This document shows, in pieces, positions 29,523 through 41,033 of a stretch of DNA of 64,000 bases. Each line of letters begins with the position of its first letter. Position 1 is the first letter of the stretch. Source of the DNA: Candidatus Kerfeldbacteria bacterium. Lineage in GTDB: Bacteria > Patescibacteriota > Patescibacteriia > SBBC01 > CAIJZX01. Both the position numbers and the translations under genes were made by a program. Where the stretch lies: the NCBI GenBank assembly GCA_903825245.1, contig CAIJZX010000031.1:14413-78412 (forward strand), in the 5' to 3' direction. The notes beneath the pieces were generated by a model, which was not told the origin of the DNA, made no database searches, and worked only from the letters and a program-made list of their open reading frames with translations.

Positions 29523-29590
29523 ACCCAGCACCACAACGAAAAAAATTTCAAGAAATGAACGAGAAACTTAATTTTCTGTTGTGGTTCTGG
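29523..29590. repeat. Family D inverted-repeat element
   Basis: CCAGCACCACAAC ... GTTGTGGTTCTGG around an AT-rich core. Confidence 0.7.
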
Positions 29591-29598
29591 ATCAACGA

Positions 29599-29979
29599 CT
29601 AGGTCACCGCGACTTTTACTTTATACCACGACTTCACTTTCTTGTGATTCTTGATCACGTATTTATAACGCCAGACATACTTATATGTCACCTTTGCTAC
29701 TGAACTTGAACTCACTGTTTTGCCGACCGCGACTTTTGTTGAGGTGGCTTGCTTTTGCGACCAATTTTCCATTGCCCCATTCGGTCGTTCCGACCATGTT
29801 AGATTTGAACAGCTGGCGCCTTTCAACGTCTTACAATAGTAATTTCCACTGCTACAACTCACCCAATTTTTTGCCGCACATAAACCGGCCGGCGGATTGA
29901 CCGTGGCGGCGTTTGTAGGTGCGACGAAAGCGATCATCGCGGCGATAATCGGCAGGGTTACCATGAGGCGTTTAAGCAT
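29599..29979 (-). CDS. Small secreted protein, 4-Cys domain and Lys/Tyr-rich tail
   Basis: Signal peptide; C-terminal KVTYKYVWRYKYVIKNHKKVKSWYKVKV. Confidence 0.7.
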   Translation of the reverse strand: MLKRLMVTLPIIAAMIAFVAPTNAATVNPPAGLCAAKNWVSCSSGNYYCKTLKGASCSNLTWSERPNGAMENWSQKQATSTKVAVGKTVSSSSVAKVTYKYVWRYKYVIKNHKKVKSWYKVKVAVT

Positions 29980-30112
29980 AGTATGCGCCCAGTGAGAAAA
30001 ACAGCCAATTCAGGGCAAAAGGCAGTATACCCTAAGCGGTATAATTTGGCAACCCAAACCGAGTCAACAAATACTCTTTGCAACATTAGCCCCTACTGCA
30101 ACCACTGGCAAT

Positions 30113-30772
30113 TTAAAAATGCCAGGTTACAACGATCTTGACTCGTTTGATGTTCAGTTTCGTAAAATCCCCACCTAGCGCGTCACCAACGCCACCGACA
30201 TCAACCTGCACTTGGGTACACCCGCCTAACATACAGAAGCTGGGAAATGGGCAAATACCACAACTACTTCCTCCTCCGCCGCCACTATTGGTGGGAGAAT
30301 TTGTTCCAGCTAGTGACGAACTTTGACCCGCTGTACTAATCGCCGACAATGCTTGTTCCCGAGTTATCCATCCATCTTCAGTCATTCCCTGTTCCTCAAC
30401 GATCGTTGGTAACGAGGTTTTTACTTGATTTATATATCCATCAATTTGACTGATATCGGTGACACCCCGGGCTTGAGCAATTGCTAACAACGACCCTCTA
30501 ACAGCCTCGTAGGAATCACCAGCAACCTCGACCGAAGTAGAGCCTGGCACACTATTAGCATTAATGTTTGAATTATTCGTGTTGACAGCGTTTGCGACCA
30601 CTGTTGTTTCTTCTGCTGGCTCGGCAACAACCGCTGTTTTCACTTTTGTAACACCAAAAATCGCATAGGTCATCCCACTCAAACCTAAACCAAGAAACAA
30701 ACCCGCGAGTCCGATCATCGCCATGGTCCTGGTTGAGCTGGAAACTTTGGTTGTCGTATTTTCCTGCCTCAT
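30113..30772 (-). CDS. Membrane-anchored hypothetical protein with Cys-rich C-terminal module
   Basis: N-terminal TM segment; GGGGGSS linker then CGICPFPSFCMLGGC. Confidence 0.7.
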   Translation of the reverse strand: MRQENTTTKVSSSTRTMAMIGLAGLFLGLGLSGMTYAIFGVTKVKTAVVAEPAEETTVVANAVNTNNSNINANSVPGSTSVEVAGDSYEAVRGSLLAIAQARGVTDISQIDGYINQVKTSLPTIVEEQGMTEDGWITREQALSAISTAGQSSSLAGTNSPTNSGGGGGSSCGICPFPSFCMLGGCTQVQVDVGGVGDALGGDFTKLNIKRVKIVVTWHF

Positions 30773-30893
30773 GTGGATTGTTCGTTAGTGTTTTGATGAC
30801 CGATTGTAGTATACCGCTAAATATTCGGTTGTTGAAGTGCTACCGAACGAGTTATCCACACACCCAAATATCGTCTAAAAACTAGAAAACTCC

Positions 30894-31175
30894 TCAGCTA
30901 GGCACTTTTTCAGCGTGAATATAATCGCAACCCTTAGGGCCGATAGTAACGCTATGGAAGGCATTCGCTGGCACAAGAGCGTGGTCTCCAGGCTTCAGGA
31001 TCGTCGGTTTATGGTTCATTGAGACCAACATTCCCCCTTCGAGCACCTGATAGGCGAGAGCGTAGGCGTGGTAGTGCTGCGGGTAGACAAAATTCGGTTC
31101 GTCGCGGCGAATAACAACGCGACGGAATCCATGCTCCTTATAGTCGGCGATGACTTTATCTTCGGCCAGGCTCAT
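30894..31175 (-). CDS. Cupin domain protein
   Basis: P.H.H motif, LKPGD..VPA..FHSV.IG. Confidence 0.85.
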   Translation of the reverse strand: MSLAEDKVIADYKEHGFRRVVIRRDEPNFVYPQHYHAYALAYQVLEGGMLVSMNHKPTILKPGDHALVPANAFHSVTIGPKGCDYIHAEKVPS

Positions 31176-31200
31176 GGCTCAAGTATACGCCGCTTCAGTA

Positions 31201-31401
31201 CTATTGCAACAACGTCTGAACGTCGAGTGTTTTCAGATATTGCGGAATGACGAACCCAAGTCCAATCAGTGGCACGATGAACAAGACCGCGCCGACAATC
31301 AGCGACCACAAATACATCTTGCGCGTCGCTTCGGTACTTTTATAAATCTTTTCGATTTTTGCTTCGAGCGCGATCAGGCGTTTGTCGAGGTCTTGATCCA
31401 T
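31201..31401 (-). CDS. Small coiled-coil plus TM protein
   Basis: LEAKIEKIYKSTE followed by one TM segment; in operon after gyrB. Confidence 0.7.
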   Translation of the reverse strand: MDQDLDKRLIALEAKIEKIYKSTEATRKMYLWSLIVGAVLFIVPLIGLGFVIPQYLKTLDVQTLLQ

Positions 31402-31402
31402 A

Positions 31403-31723
31403 TTATTGTTCCAAGTTCCTTATCTGCTGGATCGATGGCTTTGATGTTCGCTTCATCCAAAACCAAATTCCAAACGGAATACCATAAATCAACAACAAAT
31501 CAATAATTACGCTCACGATAATTCTTGGAAGTGAGATAACATCGAATGCCGGATCAACTCCATATTGATGTGTGGTTTGTAAATACTGAATGTCACTTTC
31601 TAAATGTGGATTCGGCACAACACCATTGATCGGCCAATGAAAAGTCCATCCAAGTATTAGTGAGAACCAGAGAGCCACGAAGAAATATATACTCCAACTT
31701 ATCTTCGCCTTCTTTGACACCAT
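31403..31723 (-). CDS. 2-TM membrane protein
   Basis: Hydrophobic termini; tightly packed between neighbours. Confidence 0.65.
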   Translation of the reverse strand: MVSKKAKISWSIYFFVALWFSLILGWTFHWPINGVVPNPHLESDIQYLQTTHQYGVDPAFDVISLPRIIVSVIIDLLLIYGIPFGIWFWMKRTSKPSIQQIRNLEQ

Positions 31724-31738
31724 AACGTAATGGAAAAA

Positions 31739-33841
<2,103 letters not shown>

Positions 33842-33981
33842 TTATCTTTACGCTAAGGATAGCATAAAAGTGGCTCTGTGGACAAGTACCATAATCTTGA
33901 CAAAATGCCCCTATTCTGATAGGGTCTGTCCTGCCTTATAGCGATACGTTCCTTCTCCTGAAAATGAAGCGTGGAGGGTCA

Positions 33982-34167
33982 ATGCCGAGAATCCGTACGA
34001 TGCCTCGACCCGACGCCAAGGAAGGCAAGAGAGTCGTTCACCCAGTAGGTTACGCAGAAATGCGGCTGCAGCAAAAGCAGACTTCCCGGAATCAGCCAGA
34101 TACTTCACTGGTTACGATCATAACTGCCACGCGCTCATTCCGCCAATTGAAGGCGGATAATACCTGA
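33982..34167 (+). CDS. Possible small or truncated cassette ORF
   Basis: TTGACA (33897)-17-TAGGGT, GTTCCTTCTC, GGAGG 4 nt before ATG; 3' end overlaps the opposite gene. Confidence 0.35.
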   Translation: MPRIRTMPRPDAKEGKRVVHPVGYAEMRLQQKQTSRNQPDTSLVTIITATRSFRQLKADNT

Positions 34168-35398
34168 TAAACGCGTGATGCCAATTTCGATCACCGACAC
34201 GCGACATTCGCCGCATGCCAGGATCGCTCACCATCCCCTCCGCCTCATCCCGGAGGTTTTTTCTTTGGTCAAGAATGTACTCAAAATGCTGAATTAAGGC
34301 TCGGTGATCTAGCATAGCTTGAGTGAGTATCTGACGGTCTCCCTCAAATGAGGGTCCAATTTTTTCCAATTGTTCGAGTTGAGTTATGAGTTGCTCATGA
34401 AGCGATAGAGGCAAGAGATATTGAAGCACCGGATCCGTTTCATATTCCTTCAATAATTTATCAACAGTGGATTGATCGGTTGCGTCATGCGCCTCAATTA
34501 AGTTCAGGTCTTCAGTCATGCTATCAACTCGCGATTTATCAAGTGCCAGAATAAGTGGAGTAAAGCGTTCTTCTTTTGCTACCGCTGGACGGTGATGAGA
34601 TGGGTCGCCAATAGTAGCGTGAAGAACCTGACGGCTTGGTTGTTGAAAATTCCGCCAAAGTTTCTTTCGAAGCAGATCATCATCTGAGGTGAGTGTATAA
34701 TCAATGCCAAGAGCGATCCGCCGTTCTGAACCATCATCTTCTTTTACAGGGATATATGCATAAAAGTCTACACCGTTTCGGAAATCATCACGTTCGGCGG
34801 ATGGACTGAATTCCACACCCGTACCAAGCGTTTTCAGAAGCGACATCCAGTCTGCTACGACAGGTTCTGTTTTTTTTGTATACTCATACAATTCATATGC
34901 GGCTGGTGAATCCGTATTTTGCCGGCGATGCATTTCCTCAACCTGAGTAGACTGTGTTGTATTCATCTCGTTTTTTACAGTTGCCGATGCTTTCCATTCA
35001 TCAGCTCGTACCTGGAGCCGTCGTCGGCTCAGTTCTTGATGCCGTTCAACAACATGTTGCTGCTGCTGCTCAGTTTGGCGTTTCACCGCCCTGGCCAGCT
35101 CAGGCAATGCACCAAAAACAATATGACCTAGCAGTTGTTTCCGATATTGAGCATCAGACTGTCTCGGTTGACGAAATTTTTCCTGCAACGCGGCTGTAGT
35201 TTGAAATTCATGCCCTACCATATTTAAACGTCTTACCATTTTTTCTTCTAATACCTCTAAACTCTCTATCGGCCAGTCCTCTAATTCTTCGGGTGAATAC
35301 TGAGCTAACTCAGCAATCGTAAAACGCCGATCGTTAAGCTCCTCCGGGGTTGGCACCTGCTTTGACTCTTCAAGAATAGACGCTTCTTCAATCGACAT
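34118..35398 (-). CDS. Hypothetical protein, possible PD-(D/E)XK-like fold
   Basis: 426 aa; DDFRNGVD...LGIDYT acidic motif (inference). Confidence 0.7.
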   Translation of the reverse strand: MSIEEASILEESKQVPTPEELNDRRFTIAELAQYSPEELEDWPIESLEVLEEKMVRRLNMVGHEFQTTAALQEKFRQPRQSDAQYRKQLLGHIVFGALPELARAVKRQTEQQQQHVVERHQELSRRRLQVRADEWKASATVKNEMNTTQSTQVEEMHRRQNTDSPAAYELYEYTKKTEPVVADWMSLLKTLGTGVEFSPSAERDDFRNGVDFYAYIPVKEDDGSERRIALGIDYTLTSDDDLLRKKLWRNFQQPSRQVLHATIGDPSHHRPAVAKEERFTPLILALDKSRVDSMTEDLNLIEAHDATDQSTVDKLLKEYETDPVLQYLLPLSLHEQLITQLEQLEKIGPSFEGDRQILTQAMLDHRALIQHFEYILDQRKNLRDEAEGMVSDPGMRRMSRVGDRNWHHAFIRYYPPSIGGMSAWQL

Positions 35399-35413
35399 TA
35401 TTGGTTGTTTGTG

Positions 35414-37687
35414 TTAACGAATTATTGCCCCAGCCCCAACAAGCGCCGTTTTAATCTTTTGCTCTTCAGCGTCAACTTCAGTTTTTGTCAGCGTCCTTTC
35501 TGCTGACTGATACACAAAATTTACTTTATAACTCGTCTTTCCATCTTTTTCATAATGATCAGTAATGTTGTATTCCTTCATGAAGGCAAGTGTCATGACG
35601 TCAATCGTGGCGTGAATTGCAGCTTCCTCCTTCGGCCACCAGAAAGAAATATCGCGCGTGATTACCGGAAACTTTGATTGTTCATGAACTTCTACGTTTT
35701 TTGTGATGTGGCGCGACGGGTCCCAAGCGCCGAAAACAAGTTTCGAATCTTGCCGCAGATCTTTCAGGTCAAATTCACAGCATTCGATCATTCGACCGCG
35801 TACCAATGTCGGAGACATAAAAGATTTTTCTGGTTGAACGGTCGTGGCAAGTTTTTCATGAACCATATCCAATACATTCTTGAGCTCCTCCCCACCTTTA
35901 TGGGTTGTACCTAGCGCTACTTTCCACGTTTGCTGGCGATCAACTGAGCCCGAAAGTTCGGGATCAAAGACGTTCCCGATTTCGAAAATCATGGCATCAC
36001 GCCCGGCATCGGCTTGCCGCTGGAGTATATCGTTCATTTGTGGCAATAAACTTTTTCGCATATTGTGTTGCTTCACATCGAGCGGATTAGCGACTTCGAA
36101 GTGACTACCGTTCACTACTTTCGCATCAGCTTCGCTGTAAAAAGCCAGCGAAATAACTTCGGTACATCCCATATCAGCTAGAATATTTTTCACCTCTTCT
36201 TTAAAACGAATGTCTGGGGGCAACTCTTTAGCGTTCTGCTCACTCGACGGCATATCATCAGGGAGCTGTTCATAACCCACCATTCGTCCGACCTCATCAA
36301 CAATATCTTCCGGAATCGTTACATCAGGGCGCCATTCGGGAATGGTAACGGTCCACGATTTCGTCGTACCGTGGATTTTGAACCCCAGCTTCGTCAGTAT
36401 CGATTTGCTCTTCGCAACAGAAAGTTTCATACCAAGACGATCGGCAATATACTCTGGGTCAATATCGATAGTTCGCAGTTGTTGTTCAGTCAAACCGGTA
36501 CTCACGATGCCCTGCTCAACCGTACCACCGCATAGTTCAGAAATCATCGCCGCCGCGGCCGCACTCGCCTGCTTTGTTAACGACGGCCAGAGTCCTTTTT
36601 CAAATCGTTTGGAGGCCTCGGAAACCAAACCGAAGCGTCGTGATGTTTTTCGAATCGACACTGAGGAAAAGAGCGCCGCTTCGAGAACGATATCGGTTGC
36701 TTGTTCAGTCACTTCCGTATCCTGGCCGCCCATAATGCCGGCAATACCAATGACTCGATCAGTATCGGCAATGACCAACATATCGTTCGTCAGCGTACGC
36801 ATCTTGCTATCAAGTGTCGTCAGTTTTTCCCCAGCAATTGCCGTACGGGCGATTATTGTAGCACCGTGCACCTTCGCTAAATCATAGGCATGCAACGGCT
36901 GGCCGTATTCCAGCATAACGTAGTTTGTGATATCGACAATGGCGTTCACCGAACGCATCCCCGCCAACTGTAAACGGTTTACCATCCACATCGGCGTCGG
37001 CACCAGCTTTACTCCGCGAATCACACGTGCTGTCAGTAATGAACAAAGCTTAGCATCAGCACTTTCCACCATTAAAATATCCTTCGCTAAAGTTTTTCCT
37101 TCTGATAATTTCACGGTTGCAAATTTCGGCGTTTGCGAAATCATCACGCCAATTTCCCAAGCTAGTCCGCGCATCGACATCAGGTCCGAACGGTTGGCCG
37201 GTATTGCTATGTCGATGACTGTTTCTGCCGGAATGATTTCACTGAAAAGTGTGCCAACTTCAACTGATGCATTAAGAACAAAGATACCGCTATGATCCGC
37301 TCCTAATCCCAATTCGTCTTTTGCGCACAACATGCCGTTTGACGTCACGCCGCGAATCGCACGCGACTCAATCGTCATGCCGTTCGGCAATGTTGCGCCA
37401 ATAAGCGCCACCGGAACTTTCTGACCGATCTCGATGTTCGGTGCTCCGCACACAATTTCCTGCGGCTCGCCATTCGGCGTTATCACAACATCCGCTAACC
37501 GCAATTTATCAGCGTTCGGATGCGGCTTGATGTCGACAATTTCACCGACAACGACGTGAGCATACGCATCGCCCTGCTCGAGGACATCATCAACATCTAA
37601 TCCGTGCATCATCAACGTCTCCACCAACGTTGTTGTCGGCGGTAGTTTCGGAAGGTAGGACTTCAGCCAAGAAATCGGAACGCGCAT
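35414..37687 (-). CDS. pheT: Phenylalanine--tRNA ligase beta subunit
   Basis: HPNADKL, IVCGAPN, NRSDLMS, VDITNYVMLEYGQPLHAYD, EDIVDEVGR..GY. Confidence 0.96.
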   Translation of the reverse strand: MRVPISWLKSYLPKLPPTTTLVETLMMHGLDVDDVLEQGDAYAHVVVGEIVDIKPHPNADKLRLADVVITPNGEPQEIVCGAPNIEIGQKVPVALIGATLPNGMTIESRAIRGVTSNGMLCAKDELGLGADHSGIFVLNASVEVGTLFSEIIPAETVIDIAIPANRSDLMSMRGLAWEIGVMISQTPKFATVKLSEGKTLAKDILMVESADAKLCSLLTARVIRGVKLVPTPMWMVNRLQLAGMRSVNAIVDITNYVMLEYGQPLHAYDLAKVHGATIIARTAIAGEKLTTLDSKMRTLTNDMLVIADTDRVIGIAGIMGGQDTEVTEQATDIVLEAALFSSVSIRKTSRRFGLVSEASKRFEKGLWPSLTKQASAAAAAMISELCGGTVEQGIVSTGLTEQQLRTIDIDPEYIADRLGMKLSVAKSKSILTKLGFKIHGTTKSWTVTIPEWRPDVTIPEDIVDEVGRMVGYEQLPDDMPSSEQNAKELPPDIRFKEEVKNILADMGCTEVISLAFYSEADAKVVNGSHFEVANPLDVKQHNMRKSLLPQMNDILQRQADAGRDAMIFEIGNVFDPELSGSVDRQQTWKVALGTTHKGGEELKNVLDMVHEKLATTVQPEKSFMSPTLVRGRMIECCEFDLKDLRQDSKLVFGAWDPSRHITKNVEVHEQSKFPVITRDISFWWPKEEAAIHATIDVMTLAFMKEYNITDHYEKDGKTSYKVNFVYQSAERTLTKTEVDAEEQKIKTALVGAGAIIR

Positions 37688-37800
37688 ACCCGGTACTACA
37701 ACAGTGAATAATAAAAAATTTGGAAAAACATTTGTTCTCGCTTGAAATCTACTATTGAGAGCGATGGTATTGTTCTTGCTGTTGTAGTACCGGGCATAAA

Positions 37801-38520
37801 TTAAAACTGTTTCAAAAAATCGAGATTACCGTTATAAAATTGCCGGATATCGATCACGCCGTACTCAAGCATGGCTAGCCGATCAAGTCCGCCGCCAAAA
37901 GCAAATCCTTGCCACTCCTTCGGATTCAAGCCCATAGCCGTGATGACGTTCGGATGGACCAGACCGGCGCCGAGCACTTCTAGCCACTTTCCAGGTTTTC
38001 CCGATTGCTCCCACCAGACATCAATTTCCATTCCAGGTTCAACGAACGGAAAAAAGCTCGGACGGATGCGCGTTTTTTTATCCGGATACAGTTTCTTGAT
38101 AAAAGCATTCAGCGTCGAGACGAGTTGCGCCATCGTCACCTGACGATCGATGTAGACGCCGTCGCATTGAAAAAACATCGACTCATGTGTTGCATCAGTC
38201 GCTTCATTCCGATAGACCTTCCCGATTTCCACCACTTTAAACGGCGGTTGCATCTTGTGCGTCACCGGCCAACGCATTTGCACGGTTGAGGAATGCGTTC
38301 GCAGGACGAGTTCTGGATGATACTTTATAAAAAACGTATCTTGTATATCGCGTGCCGGATGATCTGGAGGAAAGTTTAAATCATCAAAGTTAAACTTCGC
38401 GGTTTCCAATTCCGGACCCTCGTGGAGTTCATAGCCAAAACTGCGCCAAATATCCAGTACCCGGCGGGCATATTGTGTAATTGGATGCAGATGACCGCGT
38501 TCAGGACGAATACTGCTCAT
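37801..38520 (-). CDS. pheS: Phenylalanine--tRNA ligase alpha subunit (lacks N-terminal coiled coil)
   Basis: G.LHPI, HPARDIQDTF, LRTHSS, RPSFFPFVEP, FAFG.GLDRLAML. Confidence 0.96.
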   Translation of the reverse strand: MSSIRPERGHLHPITQYARRVLDIWRSFGYELHEGPELETAKFNFDDLNFPPDHPARDIQDTFFIKYHPELVLRTHSSTVQMRWPVTHKMQPPFKVVEIGKVYRNEATDATHESMFFQCDGVYIDRQVTMAQLVSTLNAFIKKLYPDKKTRIRPSFFPFVEPGMEIDVWWEQSGKPGKWLEVLGAGLVHPNVITAMGLNPKEWQGFAFGGGLDRLAMLEYGVIDIRQFYNGNLDFLKQF

Positions 38521-38917
38521 GAGAAGAAGAATCAACCGATTGTTTCGTCTGACCAGCGAGGAAGAATAATTCAATCACCACTGCCAAAGCAACTAAGGCA
38601 ATGATTGACCATACGCTCAATAGTCGGCGGCTTTGCAGCAAGAGTGCCAAGGTCGATCCACAACTGACTAACGTACCATGGCGTAGGGCAACGGCAATCT
38701 GCCGAAACAAAACCGCATCTTTTTCCAACCAGTAGCGAATAAAGAAGCCACCAATCGTGGCGGTACCGAACATGGCCAGAAAGAAGCTGGCGTAGAACAA
38801 GATAAACGCCACCATCCCACCGTTCGTCGGGTCGAGTGTCATCAAGACAAATACCCACGCCACCCACGACAGTGCCGTACCAACCGACAAGAAGATAAGA
38901 AATCGAACGAGTGACAT
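38501..38917 (-). CDS. 4-TM membrane protein
   Basis: Hydrophobic; overlaps the pheS start by 20 bp. Confidence 0.75.
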   Translation of the reverse strand: MSLVRFLIFLSVGTALSWVAWVFVLMTLDPTNGGMVAFILFYASFFLAMFGTATIGGFFIRYWLEKDAVLFRQIAVALRHGTLVSCGSTLALLLQSRRLLSVWSIIALVALAVVIELFFLAGQTKQSVDSSSHEQYSS

Positions 38918-38988
38918 GTGCTGATAGTGTACTGATTTTAGGACAATTTGACAAGCCGAGGTGTAGGGTAGAAAAACGCCGTCTGTTG

Positions 38989-39789
38989 TCAGGCGGCGTG
39001 TTGGATGTCAGTGAGACATCGTTGTTGCAATATGCGAATACGTTCCATGATGCCTTCGGCGACGCGACAATTGCGTTCGCGATGATCGCCGTCACCGGCC
39101 ATGGCCAAAATCTCTACCGGCGTGATATCTTCGCCGATGATGACGATGAGCAGCTGACCGGTGCGAAGATCAAGCAACCACTCGACGTTCTCACCGAATA
39201 CTGGACGCAACCACGTTATCGGCGGATCGCCCGGATATTTTCGATACGGGCAGAAACGTCCGTAATAGTACACCGGACGAACTGTGGCACCGGTGGCCAA
39301 CGCCATCGCTCCAACCTGCGGTTGTGGCAATGAGAGCTCTTCGCTGATCGACCGGGTTCCTTCAGGATACACATGAACGACGCCCTCATCGTTGAGCACC
39401 TCACACGCTTTCAGGTATGCGGCATGATCATGCCGTTGGCCGGTAGCGTCCCGGTGCACCGGAATGACGCGCATCGTACGGTAGACAAATCGCAAGAGCC
39501 AACTATCAATCCCCTCGCGCGCATCAGCCAGGTTGTACGGCATCAGGCGCGGCTTCCACAGTAGCCAGGGAAAGCACGTTACCAGGCCGATGAGAAAACT
39601 ATCGCGGCTGTCCTTGTGATTCGAGACAATCATCAATCGCGATTGCGGTCCGCGATTGCGTGCGCCGAAGACGTGCGTCCGGTTCAAAACGTAAAACCCG
39701 AAAGCACTGACCGTACCGGCAAACACTATCACCAGGTAGCAAACGAGCCATGAGACCAAGCTCATCAACCCGTTTCTCAACCGATTCAT
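38989..39789 (-). CDS. Lysophospholipid acyltransferase (PlsC family), cassette gene
   Basis: NHxxxxD (SNHKDSRD), IPVHR, YPEGTRS; GGAGG before ATG. Confidence 0.85.
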   Translation of the reverse strand: MNRLRNGLMSLVSWLVCYLVIVFAGTVSAFGFYVLNRTHVFGARNRGPQSRLMIVSNHKDSRDSFLIGLVTCFPWLLWKPRLMPYNLADAREGIDSWLLRFVYRTMRVIPVHRDATGQRHDHAAYLKACEVLNDEGVVHVYPEGTRSISEELSLPQPQVGAMALATGATVRPVYYYGRFCPYRKYPGDPPITWLRPVFGENVEWLLDLRTGQLLIVIIGEDITPVEILAMAGDGDHRERNCRVAEGIMERIRILQQRCLTDIQHAA

Positions 39790-39899
39790 ATATCCTCCAG
39801 AAGGAAGTGTCGTTTGGAAAGAACAACTTGTTTGTCGACCTTACGCCTACCTAAAAATTCTGTCAATTGATAGTACTGACCACCCAAACAGAAATCCTT

Positions 39900-40003
39900 C
39901 CCCTCACACCAATTGGAAGTAATGTAAATAAAGTATTTCCTACTATTTTCTCTCTTTAATATTAGTAACTAAAAAAACGCGCCAGTGCCAATTGGTGTGG
40001 GGG
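39900..40003. repeat. Family D-related inverted-repeat element
   Basis: CCCCTCACACCAATTGG ... CCAATTGGTGTGGGGG around an AT-rich core. Confidence 0.7.
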
Positions 40004-40028
40004 CTTATTGGGACTGAGTCCCAATAAG
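40004..40028. repeat. Family C 25-bp palindrome
   Basis: CTTATTGGGACT-G-AGTCCCAATAAG, perfect 12-bp arms. Confidence 0.85.
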
Positions 40029-40035
40029 AGTTCTT

Positions 40036-40062
40036 GTCATCCTGAGCATAGTCGAAGGATGA
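40036..40062. repeat. Family B REP-like repeat upstream of the GIY-YIG gene
   Basis: GTCATCCTGAGCATAGTCGAAGGATGA. Confidence 0.8.
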
Positions 40063-40166
40063 GGCTCTCGAAGCCTGACGGGTAAAGACAATCCGGTTAA
40101 AACTTGACAATCACCGCTGTCAGCATAGTATTGTTAATACATGGTGGCGCAACCCTTGTTTTTTTC

Positions 40167-40487
40167 ATGCACACCTATTACGTTTACATCCTCCAATGTG
40201 CCGACGGATCATATTACACGGGAGTTACGTGCGATATGGATCGCCGACTTGATGACCACCAAACTGGACGTCATAAAAAATCCTACACCTATACTCGTCG
40301 GCCGGTGAAGCTGGTCTATGTTGATGTGACCGATGATGTCGGTGGAGCGATATTCAAAGAGAAACAAATCCAGGGTTGGTCGAGAAAAAAGAAGGAAGCG
40401 TTAATTCAACGACAAGAATACCTGTTACCAGACTTAGCGCGCGGTCGACGCGGGTATTTAAAAAGAAGCAAACGTCTGTCACCCTGA
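40167..40487 (+). CDS. GIY-YIG nuclease (UPF0213-like)
   Basis: YYVYILQCADGSYYTG, RRL..H, EKQIQGWSRKKKEALI. Confidence 0.93.
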   Translation: MHTYYVYILQCADGSYYTGVTCDMDRRLDDHQTGRHKKSYTYTRRPVKLVYVDVTDDVGGAIFKEKQIQGWSRKKKEALIQRQEYLLPDLARGRRGYLKRSKRLSP

Positions 40488-40553
40488 GCATAGTCGAAGG
40501 GCGACAAAGGTCCCGCTTATCTCAGTCCTGCTTCGACTGAGCTCAGCATGACA
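40478..40553. repeat. Inverted doublet of family B repeats downstream of the GIY-YIG gene
   Basis: GTCACCCTGAGCATAGTCGAAGGGCGAC and TGCTTCGACTGAGCTCAGCATGACA; first copy supplies the gene's TGA. Confidence 0.8.
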
Positions 40554-40639
40554 ATATCCTTTCATCCTTGACTTTCCCCTACTTGGTAGTAAGCTCAGTG
40601 CAGAAATAGTTCCTTCCACTCCCACTCCGGAGGCACAGA

Positions 40640-41011
40640 ATGAAGGCAACAACCGCCCTGAATTGGTTCGTTCGGTTGCTCAGCTACCTTCTTCCGCCGC
40701 TGTTCCTTTTCCGGCTCTACCGGAAGTATCAGCACGGCACACCTGACGGCGTCATGTTCGGCTCTGACGCCATCCTCAAGGTGGCCATTCTTGCCACCAT
40801 CATCTACGTGCTCTGTATCATCACGATACCAGTTATCATGGTTCGTCACGCAGAAGGTGGCCACCCTTCACAGGCCTGGGGAATGGCATGGTATGTCTAT
40901 GGCTCTTGGGCGGCATATATGATGTGCTGGAACTTCTGGGCTGACCTCCGTGCGGCCGAACACAACGAAAAACAGCAACATACGTTGCAATTAAATTCAG
41001 TCACTTCCTGA
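40640..41011 (+). CDS. 3-TM membrane protein (cassette gene)
   Basis: TTGACT promoter, GTTCCTTCCA, GGAGG; terminator CCTGACGG/CCGTCAGG-T6. Confidence 0.7.
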   Translation: MKATTALNWFVRLLSYLLPPLFLFRLYRKYQHGTPDGVMFGSDAILKVAILATIIYVLCIITIPVIMVRHAEGGHPSQAWGMAWYVYGSWAAYMMCWNFWADLRAAEHNEKQQHTLQLNSVTS

Positions 41012-41033
41012 CGGACACCCGTCAGGTTTTTTC

